From Castellaniella sp. (GTDB lineage: Bacteria > Pseudomonadota > Gammaproteobacteria > Burkholderiales > Burkholderiaceae_B), in NCBI RefSeq assembly GCF_041675725.1, contig NZ_JBAYTI010000004.1, positions 2,831 through 66,830 on the forward strand: 64,000 nt of DNA. Reading direction: 5' to 3'. The notes under the pieces were generated by a model. The model worked only from the letters and a program-made list of their open reading frames with translations. It did not search any database and had not been told where the DNA came from. Shown one piece after another: positions 1-8,450 of this stretch. The number at the start of each line of letters is the position of its first letter. The stretch's first letter is position 1. A program made the translations under genes and the position numbers.

Positions 1-2
1 AA

Positions 3-584
3 ACCGAGGCGCTGACGACGGTCGATGTGAACACGGGCGGCTTCGTGGGTGGACGCAACTTCAACGACACGATATTCAAGACCAACCTCGAGGCGGCCGT
101 CGCCATTGCCCGCCAATTGCGGCTGCGCAATCTGGGCGGCATCATCGTGCTGGACTTCATCGACATGGATGATCCGGGCCACCAGGAAGCCGTGCTTGCG
201 GAGCTTGCCAAGGCGCTGGCCCGGGACCGCACCCGTACGACCATCAGTGGTTTCAGCCAGCTTGGCCTGGTCGAAATGACGCGCAAGCGCACGCGGGAAT
301 CACTCGCCCACCAGCTCTGCGAGATCTGCCCGACCTGCCAGTCACGGGGCTCGGTGCGCACCGCCCGCACCTTGTGTTACGAGATCCTGCGCGAAATCTT
401 GCGCGAAGCCCGCCAGTTCGATCCCAAGGAATTCCGTATCGTGGCGGCGCAAGCCGTGATCGACCTGTTTCTTGAAGAAGAAAGCCAGCATCTGGCCATG
501 CTGGGTGATTTCGTAGGAAAACCCATATCGCTGGCCGTCGAAGGCAGCTACAGCCAGGAACAATACGACATCGTGCTGCTGTGA
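3..584 (+). CDS. rng: Ribonuclease G (RNase E/G family), C-terminal part; the 5' end lies outside the window
   Basis: The reading frame is open from the window edge to TGA at 582-584. The translation contains NTGGFVGGRNF, TIFKTNLEAA, IIVLDFIDM and GLVEMTRKR, which are typical of the RNase G/E catalytic core. Confidence 0.9.
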   Translation, partial: TEALTTVDVNTGGFVGGRNFNDTIFKTNLEAAVAIARQLRLRNLGGIIVLDFIDMDDPGHQEAVLAELAKALARDRTRTTISGFSQLGLVEMTRKRTRESLAHQLCEICPTCQSRGSVRTARTLCYEILREILREARQFDPKEFRIVAAQAVIDLFLEEESQHLAMLGDFVGKPISLAVEGSYSQEQYDIVLL

Positions 585-1016
585 TCAGTCATCCAGCTTA
601 TTTTCCCAGCTGCGATCGGCCTCGCAGGTTCCTGGCTTCATGAATGCGGTGATCATTTCCAGGGCGCGCTCCAGCTGCCCCGGGTAATAGCTGTAGGCCG
701 TAACGTTGATCGTGGTGTTATGCAGGCGCACCAGGGACAGCACCACCGAGTCCTCCCAGCCGGAATCCGGCTCGGGCCGGTAGACCACCCGGGCAAAGGC
801 CGACTCGTTCGGGAGCATTTCGAAGGTATAGCGTATGCCGCACTCGCGCTCATGTTTGAAGAGATTTTTTTGCACATCGGGGAAATCGATCGGCAGGCGG
901 CGGCGCTCGGTGACCAGGTAGCGCTCGGTCTCCAGCCGATCCACCTGCAGGCCCGGAGGCGTAGCGGTGCAAGCTGGCAGCAGCAGTGCAAGGGCAACAA
1001 TCGACCAGATCTTCAT
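585..1016 (-). CDS. Hypothetical lipoprotein (143 aa), function unknown
   Basis: I trimmed ORF 585..1136 to the internal ATG at 1016. From there it reads MKIWSIVALALLLPAC, a signal peptide plus lipobox Cys. It starts 16 nt after the msbA stop on the same strand. I recognise no family motif. Confidence 0.6.
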   Translation of the reverse strand: MKIWSIVALALLLPACTATPPGLQVDRLETERYLVTERRRLPIDFPDVQKNLFKHERECGIRYTFEMLPNESAFARVVYRPEPDSGWEDSVVLSLVRLHNTTINVTAYSYYPGQLERALEMITAFMKPGTCEADRSWENKLDD

Positions 1017-1032
1017 GGTGGGCTCCGCGAGG

Positions 1033-2826
1033 TCAGGATTCAGGGGAAGGCGTATGCGATTCTTCGAACTGCAGATGATACAGCTTCGCATACAACCCAT
1101 TCTGGGCCAGGAGATCCACGTGCGTGCCTTCTTCAACGATGCGCCCGTGGTCCAGAACCAGGATGCGGTCTGCCTTTTGCACCGTGCTCAGCCGATGCGC
1201 GATCACCAGCGTGGTGCGCCCAGCCATCAAGTGCTCGAGGGACTGCTGGACTTGCCGCTCGGACTCATTGTCCAGGGCGGACGTGGCTTCGTCCAGAATC
1301 AGGATGGGCGCATCCTTGATGAGCGCCCTGGCAATCGCCAGGCGCTGGCGTTGCCCGCCGGACAGGAAGCTGGCATTGGCGCCGACCTGGGTATGGATGC
1401 CTTGCGGCAGCGTCTGCACGAATTCGAGCAGGCTGGCGGCAGCCAGGGCATCATGAATACGCTGCTCGGACACCTGGGCAGACACGCCATAGGCGACATT
1501 TTCGGCGATGGTGCCCTCGAACAACACCACGTCCTGGCTGACCAGCGACAACTGCGAGCGCAAAGCCCTCAGCCTGAACTCGCGGATATCCACCCCATCC
1601 AAGGTAATCGCCCCGGCGGTTGGTTCCACGAACCGCGGCAGCATGTTGACCAGCGTCGTCTTGCCGCTGCCCGAACGGCCGACGAGCGCCACCGTATGCC
1701 CGGCATGCACCGTCAGGTTGATGTTGTCCAGTGTATTGTGGGCCGTATCGGCAAACCGATGATGGATGCCGCGAAATGCGATGTGCCCTTGCAGGCGCTC
1801 GGTGATCTCGCGCTGCCCGGTTTCGTGTTCCACCGGCTCGCGAATCAGGTCGAACACGCTTTCAGCCGACACCAGCATGCGCTGTGTCGGCCCCGCAATG
1901 TTCGTCAGACGCTTCAGCGGGTCGAAAATCTGCCCCAGGGCCGCCATGAACGCCGCGAAACTGCCTACGGTGAGGCCCTCGTGGTTGGCCTGGTACAAGG
2001 CGACAGAGACCACTGCGGCCACCGACAGCGCCACGAAGAACTGCGAGATGGGCGACAATGCCGAATCTGCGGACGCAGCGCGCATGGCAAAACGGCGCAG
2101 CCGCGCGTTCACATACGCGAACCGCTCGCGTTCTTTTGCGCTGCCGTCGAAAAGCTTGATGACCCGTTGCCCCGCAATGCCCTCGGAGACCACCCGGGTC
2201 AGTTCGGCATTCATGTTGATGGTGTCGCGGTTGATGCGACGCAGACGCCGGATGAAGTAGCGCGCCGTCAGTACCGACATGGGCAGCATGATCAGTACGA
2301 TCAACGTCAACTGCCACGACATATACAGCAGGACGGCAAGCAGGGCCAGCACGGTGAGCGTTTCTCGGACCGTGGTCTGCAGCACGTCCGCCGCCGAATA
2401 GCTGACGCGGCCGGCATCCACGGTAAACCGGTTCAAGAGGCGCCCGTGTTCGGCCGCGCGGAACTGCGCGTCCGACATCCCCAAAAGACGCTCGAACATG
2501 TCGCGGCGCAACCCCAGCAACATGTTGTTGGCCACCCACGACATCAGGTAGGAACCAAAAAAGGAGCACACGCTGCGCACGAGCATGATGCCGACCACCG
2601 CCAGCGGGATCGACCAGATGTACGACGGCTTGTCACCAGTGAACCCTTCGTCGAGCAGAGGCTTCATGATGATCGCCAGCAGCGGCTGCGTGGCGGACGT
2701 GATGGCCAGCAACCCCATGGCCAGCAGAGCCGCCTTCCAGTCTCTGCCCAATCGCTTGTAGATGTAGAGCCAAAGTTCGCGACGGACAGGATGGGCGTGG
2801 GAGGGCTTGTCGTGAATGGTCTTCAC
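1033..2826 (-). CDS. msbA: MsbA-family fused permease/ATPase ABC exporter (lipid A/LPS flippase type)
   Basis: Six-TM exporter domain followed by Walker A GRSGSGKTT, signature LSGGQRQR and Walker B ILILDEATS. The start is uncertain. I prefer GTG at 2826 (VKTIHDKP...). The ATG at 2862 adds codons with AT-rich third positions (ttc caa gta tat aag aga) that are atypical for this genome. The ORF-track start at 3042 overlaps the divergent GT9 gene. Confidence 0.85.
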   Translation of the reverse strand: MKTIHDKPSHAHPVRRELWLYIYKRLGRDWKAALLAMGLLAITSATQPLLAIIMKPLLDEGFTGDKPSYIWSIPLAVVGIMLVRSVCSFFGSYLMSWVANNMLLGLRRDMFERLLGMSDAQFRAAEHGRLLNRFTVDAGRVSYSAADVLQTTVRETLTVLALLAVLLYMSWQLTLIVLIMLPMSVLTARYFIRRLRRINRDTINMNAELTRVVSEGIAGQRVIKLFDGSAKERERFAYVNARLRRFAMRAASADSALSPISQFFVALSVAAVVSVALYQANHEGLTVGSFAAFMAALGQIFDPLKRLTNIAGPTQRMLVSAESVFDLIREPVEHETGQREITERLQGHIAFRGIHHRFADTAHNTLDNINLTVHAGHTVALVGRSGSGKTTLVNMLPRFVEPTAGAITLDGVDIREFRLRALRSQLSLVSQDVVLFEGTIAENVAYGVSAQVSEQRIHDALAAASLLEFVQTLPQGIHTQVGANASFLSGGQRQRLAIARALIKDAPILILDEATSALDNESERQVQQSLEHLMAGRTTLVIAHRLSTVQKADRILVLDHGRIVEEGTHVDLLAQNGLYAKLYHLQFEESHTPSPES

Positions 2827-2912
2827 CCGGCACACTCTCTTATATACTTGGAAATCACGCATTTTAGCCCGCCGCCACGAATGGCCCTGACCGCGGGCCG
2901 GGAGCCGCAGCA

Positions 2913-3920
2913 TTGTCACCCGCCACCCAACCCATTCTGTACGTGCGCCTGCCCAACTGGGTCGGCGACGTCTGCATGAGCCTGCCCAGCCTGGATGCCC
3001 TGCGTGCCACGGATCTGCCACTGGTGGTGTGCGCCCGGGCATGGGCCCGGGATTTTCTCGCCGCCTACCCCTTGGCGGGATTCGTCGTCATGGAAGCCTC
3101 ATGGCGGCAGAATCGCAAGGCCCTGCTTCGGTCCAGGGCCGAATTCCGGGGTCATCGGCCGCTGGGCCTGCTTTTGCCAGATTCGCTATCCAGCGCGCTG
3201 AGCTTCCGCTTTGCCGGCATCCCAAGCGCAGGCTACCGCGACGACGGCCGCAGCCTGCTGTTGCGCTGGCCGATCCGCAAGCCTGCACAGGCGCTGCATG
3301 CCGTACAGGCCTGGCATCACCTCACCCGCCAAGCGCTCATGCGCTGGCAACTGCAGGCGCCGCCTGTCGAGCCGGCCGCCGAACTGCATTGGATGGCGGC
3401 TGAATCCCACGGGGCCAGCGCCATGCAGGCGCTGGCCCGAACCGGCCTGGCCACGGGTCGGTTCGTGTTGATCGCGCCCACGGCCACGGGCCTGCACAAG
3501 GGTCAGGTGAAGGTATGGCCCCATTTCGATGCCCTGACCCGCGCGCTGCAGGCGCGAGGCCATACGGTCGTAATGGCGCCGCCCGCTGGCGAACAGGCGG
3601 CGGCCCGTCATGCGGTGCCCACGGCTACCCTGCTGCCCGCTCTGGGGCTCGGGGCTTTCACCGTGCTGACGCGCCTGGCTGCCCTGGTGATCTGTAACGA
3701 TTCGGGGGTGTCACACCTGGCCGCCGCCGCTGGCGCACAACAAATCACCCTGTTTGGCGTCACCCAGCCCGCCCGTACCGGCCCATGGTCCAACAAGGCC
3801 CAACGCCTGGGGCAATGGCGCGCCTGGCCAACCCTGGATGAAGTGCTTTCAAACGCCTGCGAGCGGCTGGCCGGCACCCCTTCATCGCTTCATCCAACCG
3901 GCCCGCAACCCGCAGGCTGA
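2913..3920 (+). CDS. Glycosyltransferase family 9 (ADP-heptose:LPS heptosyltransferase-like)
   Basis: TTG start at 2913, preceded by GGGAG about 8 nt upstream. The N-terminus ILYVRLPNWVGDV matches the GT9 'RxxxLGD' start. The C-terminal half has NDSGVSHLAAA, typical of heptosyltransferases. It is divergent from msbA. Confidence 0.8.
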   Translation: MSPATQPILYVRLPNWVGDVCMSLPSLDALRATDLPLVVCARAWARDFLAAYPLAGFVVMEASWRQNRKALLRSRAEFRGHRPLGLLLPDSLSSALSFRFAGIPSAGYRDDGRSLLLRWPIRKPAQALHAVQAWHHLTRQALMRWQLQAPPVEPAAELHWMAAESHGASAMQALARTGLATGRFVLIAPTATGLHKGQVKVWPHFDALTRALQARGHTVVMAPPAGEQAAARHAVPTATLLPALGLGAFTVLTRLAALVICNDSGVSHLAAAAGAQQITLFGVTQPARTGPWSNKAQRLGQWRAWPTLDEVLSNACERLAGTPSSLHPTGPQPAG

Positions 3921-3922
3921 GC

Positions 3923-4687
3923 ATGTCTTTTTCCGCACTGCTTGCCCAGCTGATTCTGCCGTGGAACCTGGCTGCGGTACTGCTGCTGCTTGCCCTGGCG
4001 GTCTGGGCGCTGCGTTGGCGCAAAAGTGCGCTGTGCATGGCTGGGGGCGCAGCGGCGTGGGTGCTTTTGTGGTCTTTGCCGATCACATCGCTCTGGTCCG
4101 GCGCCTGTCTGGAACAACGATATCCTACGCTACGCCCTGGGGACGCCACACCCCGGCAGGCGATCGTCGTGCTGGGCGGGCATACCGCCAATGGCCGCAC
4201 CAACTGGTTCGAACCCTACGATCCGCACAAAGTCCACACGCGGACCCATACTGCCGCCGAACTCTACCTGGCTGGCAAGGCGCCGCTGATCATCGTATCG
4301 GGCGCCGCCCTCGATGGCGGCGTGAGCGAAGCGCAACTGATGGCAGCGACACTCGAACAGCAGGCGATCCCCCCGAGCGCCCTGGTGCTGGAAAACCACA
4401 GCCTCACCACCCGTGAAAACGCCCTGTATTCAGCCGAATTGCTGCGCCAGCTGGGGATTGATTCGTTTTTTCTGGTGACATCGGCTCTGCACATGCCACG
4501 CGCCGTCGCCAGCTTTCGCAAGCTGGGGCTCGAACCGGTTGCCGCGCCCTCGCCCGCTCAAATCATTCGCCCCGACCGGCATCCGTTTTATGCCTGGCTC
4601 CCCGACGGGCGCAGCCTGCAGGCCAGCCGATCGATCATCAAAGAATACCTGGGCCTGTTGGTGTACTGGCTACGCGGCTGGGCCTGA
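3923..4687 (+). CDS. DUF218 / YdcF-ElyC-SanA family membrane protein
   Basis: N-terminal TM helices are followed by AIVVLGG...LIIVSG...NHSLTTRENA...LVTSALHMPRA, the DUF218 pattern. The ATG lies 2 nt after the GT9 stop. Confidence 0.7.
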   Translation: MSFSALLAQLILPWNLAAVLLLLALAVWALRWRKSALCMAGGAAAWVLLWSLPITSLWSGACLEQRYPTLRPGDATPRQAIVVLGGHTANGRTNWFEPYDPHKVHTRTHTAAELYLAGKAPLIIVSGAALDGGVSEAQLMAATLEQQAIPPSALVLENHSLTTRENALYSAELLRQLGIDSFFLVTSALHMPRAVASFRKLGLEPVAAPSPAQIIRPDRHPFYAWLPDGRSLQASRSIIKEYLGLLVYWLRGWA

Positions 4688-5836
4688 GCCCGGGTTTTTC
4701 TCGCGCAGCACGTGTGCATAGAGATCCAGGTACTGGCGCGCCACTTCCGGCCAGGCATGGCGCGCAAGCACACGCTGCGCCCCCGAATGCAGCCGCTGCG
4801 CCAGCTGCGGATCCGTCTTCAGGCGCAATACCATGTCGGCCAGAGCCTGCGGTCGTTCAGGATGCGGCAAGATCAACGCGTCCTGTTCATGCGTCACATA
4901 CTGGGCAAAGCCACACCAGGGCATTGGGCTCAGGATGACCGGCAAGCCGAATGCCATGGCCTCGAGGGGCGCCATGCCAAAGCTGTCGTTCAGCGTGGGG
5001 TGCACATAAATATCGGCCGCCCGGTAATACGGCTCGACGCGGGATGTCTGCGCGACCAGGTGAACCCGCCGGCGGACGGCTTCGGGCGCCCGGGCGACAT
5101 GATCGCGCGCCGCCGCATTGGCCCCCACCACCAGCAGATGCGTGTCGTCCGGCAGGCTTTCCATGGCCCGCAACGCGGTCGGCAAGCCTTTGCGCATGGG
5201 GTTGCGCGCGACCAGCAGACACAAGGTATCCTGGCTGGGCAGACCCAGTTCTGCCCGCAGCGCCGCGCGCTCCGAGGCAGTGGTCGGCGGAACCTCGGCA
5301 ACCCCGGGAGGAATGATGGGTACGGCATTCAGGCCATACGCCTGTTCTAGCTGGCTGGCAATCAGCCGGGATACCGCAACGACCCGATGGCCGGCCCGCT
5401 GTGCCATACGGCGTGCCTCGAGATGCAGGTAAGTCTGAACCCGCAGGCTGAAGCGGGCCAGCCAACGCTTGTGTCGGGGGAGCGATCCCTGGCACCAGCG
5501 GGTACGCACGGGGGTGACGTGTACCACTTCGATATCGCCACACCAGCCATTCATGTGCGAATGCACGATGTCATGCCGTGCGCGAACCAGGCGCGCCGCG
5601 CGGCGCGCAAACAGCCAGACGCGCACCCAGCTGGGCCAGTGGCGCGAGATCCGGATCGCCACGAAAGGCAGATCGAGGCCACACTCAGGGTCGTAGTCCC
5701 GGGCGTACACGGTGATCCGGTGCCCCCGGGCGTGCAGTTCGCGCATCAGCTCGAGACCATAGGCTTCGGCTCCCCCAAAACGCGAACCGAACCGGTCCAC
5801 CACGAAACCGATCGATAGGTCCGGTCGATCAGCCAC
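4670..5836 (-). CDS. Glycosyltransferase family 4 (GT-B, group 1)
   Basis: GTG start at 5836. The N-terminus reads IGFVVDRFGSRFGGAEAY. The C-terminal half has the EX7E-type region DSFGMAPLEAMAFGLPVI. Its 3' end overlaps the convergent DUF218 gene by 18 nt. Confidence 0.8.
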   Translation of the reverse strand: MADRPDLSIGFVVDRFGSRFGGAEAYGLELMRELHARGHRITVYARDYDPECGLDLPFVAIRISRHWPSWVRVWLFARRAARLVRARHDIVHSHMNGWCGDIEVVHVTPVRTRWCQGSLPRHKRWLARFSLRVQTYLHLEARRMAQRAGHRVVAVSRLIASQLEQAYGLNAVPIIPPGVAEVPPTTASERAALRAELGLPSQDTLCLLVARNPMRKGLPTALRAMESLPDDTHLLVVGANAAARDHVARAPEAVRRRVHLVAQTSRVEPYYRAADIYVHPTLNDSFGMAPLEAMAFGLPVILSPMPWCGFAQYVTHEQDALILPHPERPQALADMVLRLKTDPQLAQRLHSGAQRVLARHAWPEVARQYLDLYAHVLREKNPGSGPAA

Positions 5837-6548
5837 GCTTGCCGTCCTCTAGTGAGGTGAGGCATTTCTGCAGAAATCGCAGCAGATGGGTGGAACGCAT
5901 CACGGCCACACGCGGCAGGGTGAACAAATCGTCCGTTGGACGCACCAGACCGCGCTGGGTGGTGGTCGCATTGTCGTAGCCCGCCGCCCGCACGAGATCC
6001 ACCAGTTGCGCAGACAGTTTTCCGTAGGGATAGCAAAACGCCCGTACGGGTTCGCCCACCAACTGCTCGAGCACGTCGCGGGAATCACGGATTTCCCGGG
6101 CCGCCTGCTCGGGCGATACCCGGGTCAGGACGGGATGGGTCAGGGTATGCGAGCCTGCCTCATGCCCCAGGGCCACCCACTCGCGCAGCCCGGCGGTATC
6201 CATCAGCGCGGCGCTGGGCACGCCTTCAGCATGATCCCACTGATTGGTGCCGCCCAGCCGACGCATCACAAAGTAATTGGTGGCCTGGTAACCGCATGCC
6301 TCCAGCACCGGCGCGGCGTGCCGCAAGACGTTGTCATAGCCGTCGTCAAAGGTGATGCCGAAGACCCGGCCCTTTTTACGGCCTGTCAGATACGGCATCA
6401 GCAGGCGCATGGACAGGCCTTGATAGCCCAGGCGCCGCATCCACCGCATCTGTCGCTGAAAACTGCGGGGATGAACGGTCAGACCGCGGTAGGGCGTCCC
6501 ACGGGGTGCCGGTTGGTCGATCTGATGGTACATGAGAATGGGGATCAT
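5829..6548 (-). CDS. Polysaccharide deacetylase (NodB/CE4 domain), copy 1
   Basis: Trimmed to the ATG at 6548, which forms an ATGA overlap with the upstream GT4 stop. Motifs present: ILMYHQI, ITFDDGYDN, GSHTLTHP and CYPYG. Confidence 0.8.
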   Translation of the reverse strand: MIPILMYHQIDQPAPRGTPYRGLTVHPRSFQRQMRWMRRLGYQGLSMRLLMPYLTGRKKGRVFGITFDDGYDNVLRHAAPVLEACGYQATNYFVMRRLGGTNQWDHAEGVPSAALMDTAGLREWVALGHEAGSHTLTHPVLTRVSPEQAAREIRDSRDVLEQLVGEPVRAFCYPYGKLSAQLVDLVRAAGYDNATTTQRGLVRPTDDLFTLPRVAVMRSTHLLRFLQKCLTSLEDGKRG

Positions 6549-7678
6549 GAAGCAGTCCGTCCCGACACCCCGGGGGCGATCAACGTGTGGTAGAAATCCT
6601 GCGTATTGCGGGCGAATACCGCCATGGAAAAAGTGTCCAGCGCCCGAGCCCGGGCGGCCAGCGCCATCGTGCCAGGCAGCGGCTCCCGCAGGCGCGACAG
6701 CAACCATTCTTTCAGGGCCAGAACATCGCCCGCCGGAACCACCCAGCCATCTTCGCTGTGGCGCACGACTTCCGGCAGCCCCCCCGCATCGGACACCAGG
6801 GTCGGCAGGCCCGTCGCCAGCGACTCGCAGGCCGCAAAAGAGCAGGCCTCGTGGTCGGACAGCACGAAACCGACGTCGGCCAGCGCCAGAATGCGTTCGG
6901 GATCACGGACCAGCCCCGGAAACTTCACGCAATGGTCCAGCCCCAAGGCCTGAAAATCCTCGAGCAGGCGCCCACGCAGCGGATCACCGGCCACGAGCAC
7001 GCGAAAGCGCGCCTGCTGTTCCGGGGTCAAGCAAGCCAGTGCCCGCGCCAGATACAGCCATCCTTTGTCGCGGTCCGTGCCGCCGACGCTGGCCAGCACC
7101 AGGACCCCACCGGGTAGCGTACCCAGTAGCGCCTGGCGTTGTGCACGCACCCAGGCGGCGTCCCGTGGGCGAAACCGATCTGTGTCGACCCCATGCCGGA
7201 TGGTCCGTATGGGCACGCGCACATACGGAGACCGCCGCAGCAGCCGGCTGACGAAGTCGCTGACCCCAATGGCGCCATCGGTCCCCAGCCGCGCCCGGAT
7301 CCGGTTGCCGACGCTGTCCAGCCGCATCGTATTGTGCTTGGTGAACACAATCCGTGGCGCCTGGCGCAGGCCAAGACAGGCCAGCATGATCTGTCGATGA
7401 TCCGCGGAACCATTCACGTGCACGATGTCGAACGCCTCACGGCGCAGCAGGCGGCGCAGGCGCGCGACTTCGACCAGCATGGGTGCCAGCCGCGTACTGA
7501 AAGCGGCTGCAATCGCGCGCACCCCTGGCACCTGCCCAACCTGCGCATACAACCGGCTGCTGGCGGGCGTTGCCACCATAACCTGATGCTCGCCCTGCAG
7601 GCAGGCCGCCAGGTTGGCCACATACGTAGCATGGCCCCCGCCGTTGCGCGGGTGAAAATTGGTGTAGAGAATCTTCAT
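6545..7678 (-). CDS. Glycosyltransferase family 4 (GT-B, group 1)
   Basis: MKILYTNFHPRNGGGHATYV at the N-terminus. ACSFAACESLATGLPTLVSDAGGLPEVV in the C-terminal half. The alternative GTG start at 7687 adds 3 codons. Confidence 0.8.
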   Translation of the reverse strand: MKILYTNFHPRNGGGHATYVANLAACLQGEHQVMVATPASSRLYAQVGQVPGVRAIAAAFSTRLAPMLVEVARLRRLLRREAFDIVHVNGSADHRQIMLACLGLRQAPRIVFTKHNTMRLDSVGNRIRARLGTDGAIGVSDFVSRLLRRSPYVRVPIRTIRHGVDTDRFRPRDAAWVRAQRQALLGTLPGGVLVLASVGGTDRDKGWLYLARALACLTPEQQARFRVLVAGDPLRGRLLEDFQALGLDHCVKFPGLVRDPERILALADVGFVLSDHEACSFAACESLATGLPTLVSDAGGLPEVVRHSEDGWVVPAGDVLALKEWLLSRLREPLPGTMALAARARALDTFSMAVFARNTQDFYHTLIAPGVSGRTAS

Positions 7679-7694
7679 GCCATCCACGATGCCG

Positions 7695-8450
7695 TCACCG
7701 CCCCGCCTGCCGATTCAGCCAATACAGCTTGGCATACCGAAAAAAACTGCCGGCTGCAGCCATGCCTGCCAAGACCAGCCCCTGCCAACCATCCAGAAAC
7801 CCGCGGCGCAGCACGTAGATCCGTATGAATGTCCACAAAGCATGCCCCGGGGGACCCAACACGGACGTTCGTCGGCCCCGGTCATGGGCCATCAGCGCGG
7901 CCTCGCTGGAGTAATGGTTGAGCTTGTCGATGAGTTCTTCAAGACCCTCGTAAGGATCATGCAGAAAATGACCCCCCTCCAGGGTGGCGACGACGCCATC
8001 GACCTCGACCTTTTCGTGCACGGACGCATCCGTGAAGCGCCCGACATCCCGACGAAACAAGCGCACCACGTAATCCGGCCACCAGCCACTGTGGCGGATC
8101 CAGCGGCCACAGAAGCGCGACAGGCGGGCTATCCGGTAGGCCGGGGCCCGTGGCGCCTGGAGCGCCTTCTGTATGGCGGCCTGCAATTCGGGCGTCACCC
8201 GCTCGTCGGCGTCGATCGACAGCACCCAGTCGCCCGTGGCCAATGCCAGGGCCCGGTTCTTTTGCGGACCAAAGCCGGGCCAGTCTGCGGATACTTCGAC
8301 CCGGGCGCCCCGCGCCCGTGCAATATCGCAGGTCGCGTCGCTGCTGCCGGAGTCGAGCACGATGCGCTCCTGCGCGAAGGCCACCGAATCCAGGCAGGCG
8401 CCGATATGCGCCGCTTCATTTTTTGTGATGATGATGACAGAGAGCTTCAT
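7695..8450 (-). CDS. Glycosyltransferase family 2 (LPS-core WaaE/KdtX-like)
   Basis: Trimmed to the ATG at 8450 (ATGA overlap with the upstream deacetylase stop). Reads MKLSVIIITKNEAAHIGACLDSV, has a SIDADE (DxD) motif and a C-terminal amphipathic/TM tail. Confidence 0.8.
   Translation of the reverse strand: MKLSVIIITKNEAAHIGACLDSVAFAQERIVLDSGSSDATCDIARARGARVEVSADWPGFGPQKNRALALATGDWVLSIDADERVTPELQAAIQKALQAPRAPAYRIARLSRFCGRWIRHSGWWPDYVVRLFRRDVGRFTDASVHEKVEVDGVVATLEGGHFLHDPYEGLEELIDKLNHYSSEAALMAHDRGRRTSVLGPPGHALWTFIRIYVLRRGFLDGWQGLVLAGMAAAGSFFRYAKLYWLNRQAGR

Noticed and set aside
967-2979. A 670-aa ORF on the plus strand covering the whole of msbA in antisense.
   Set aside because: Its composition is Arg/Gly/Ala/His/Gln-rich with no recognisable motifs. 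It mirrors a gene carrying unmistakable ABC-exporter motifs. Long antisense ORFs are an expected artefact of stop-codon depletion in high-GC DNA.
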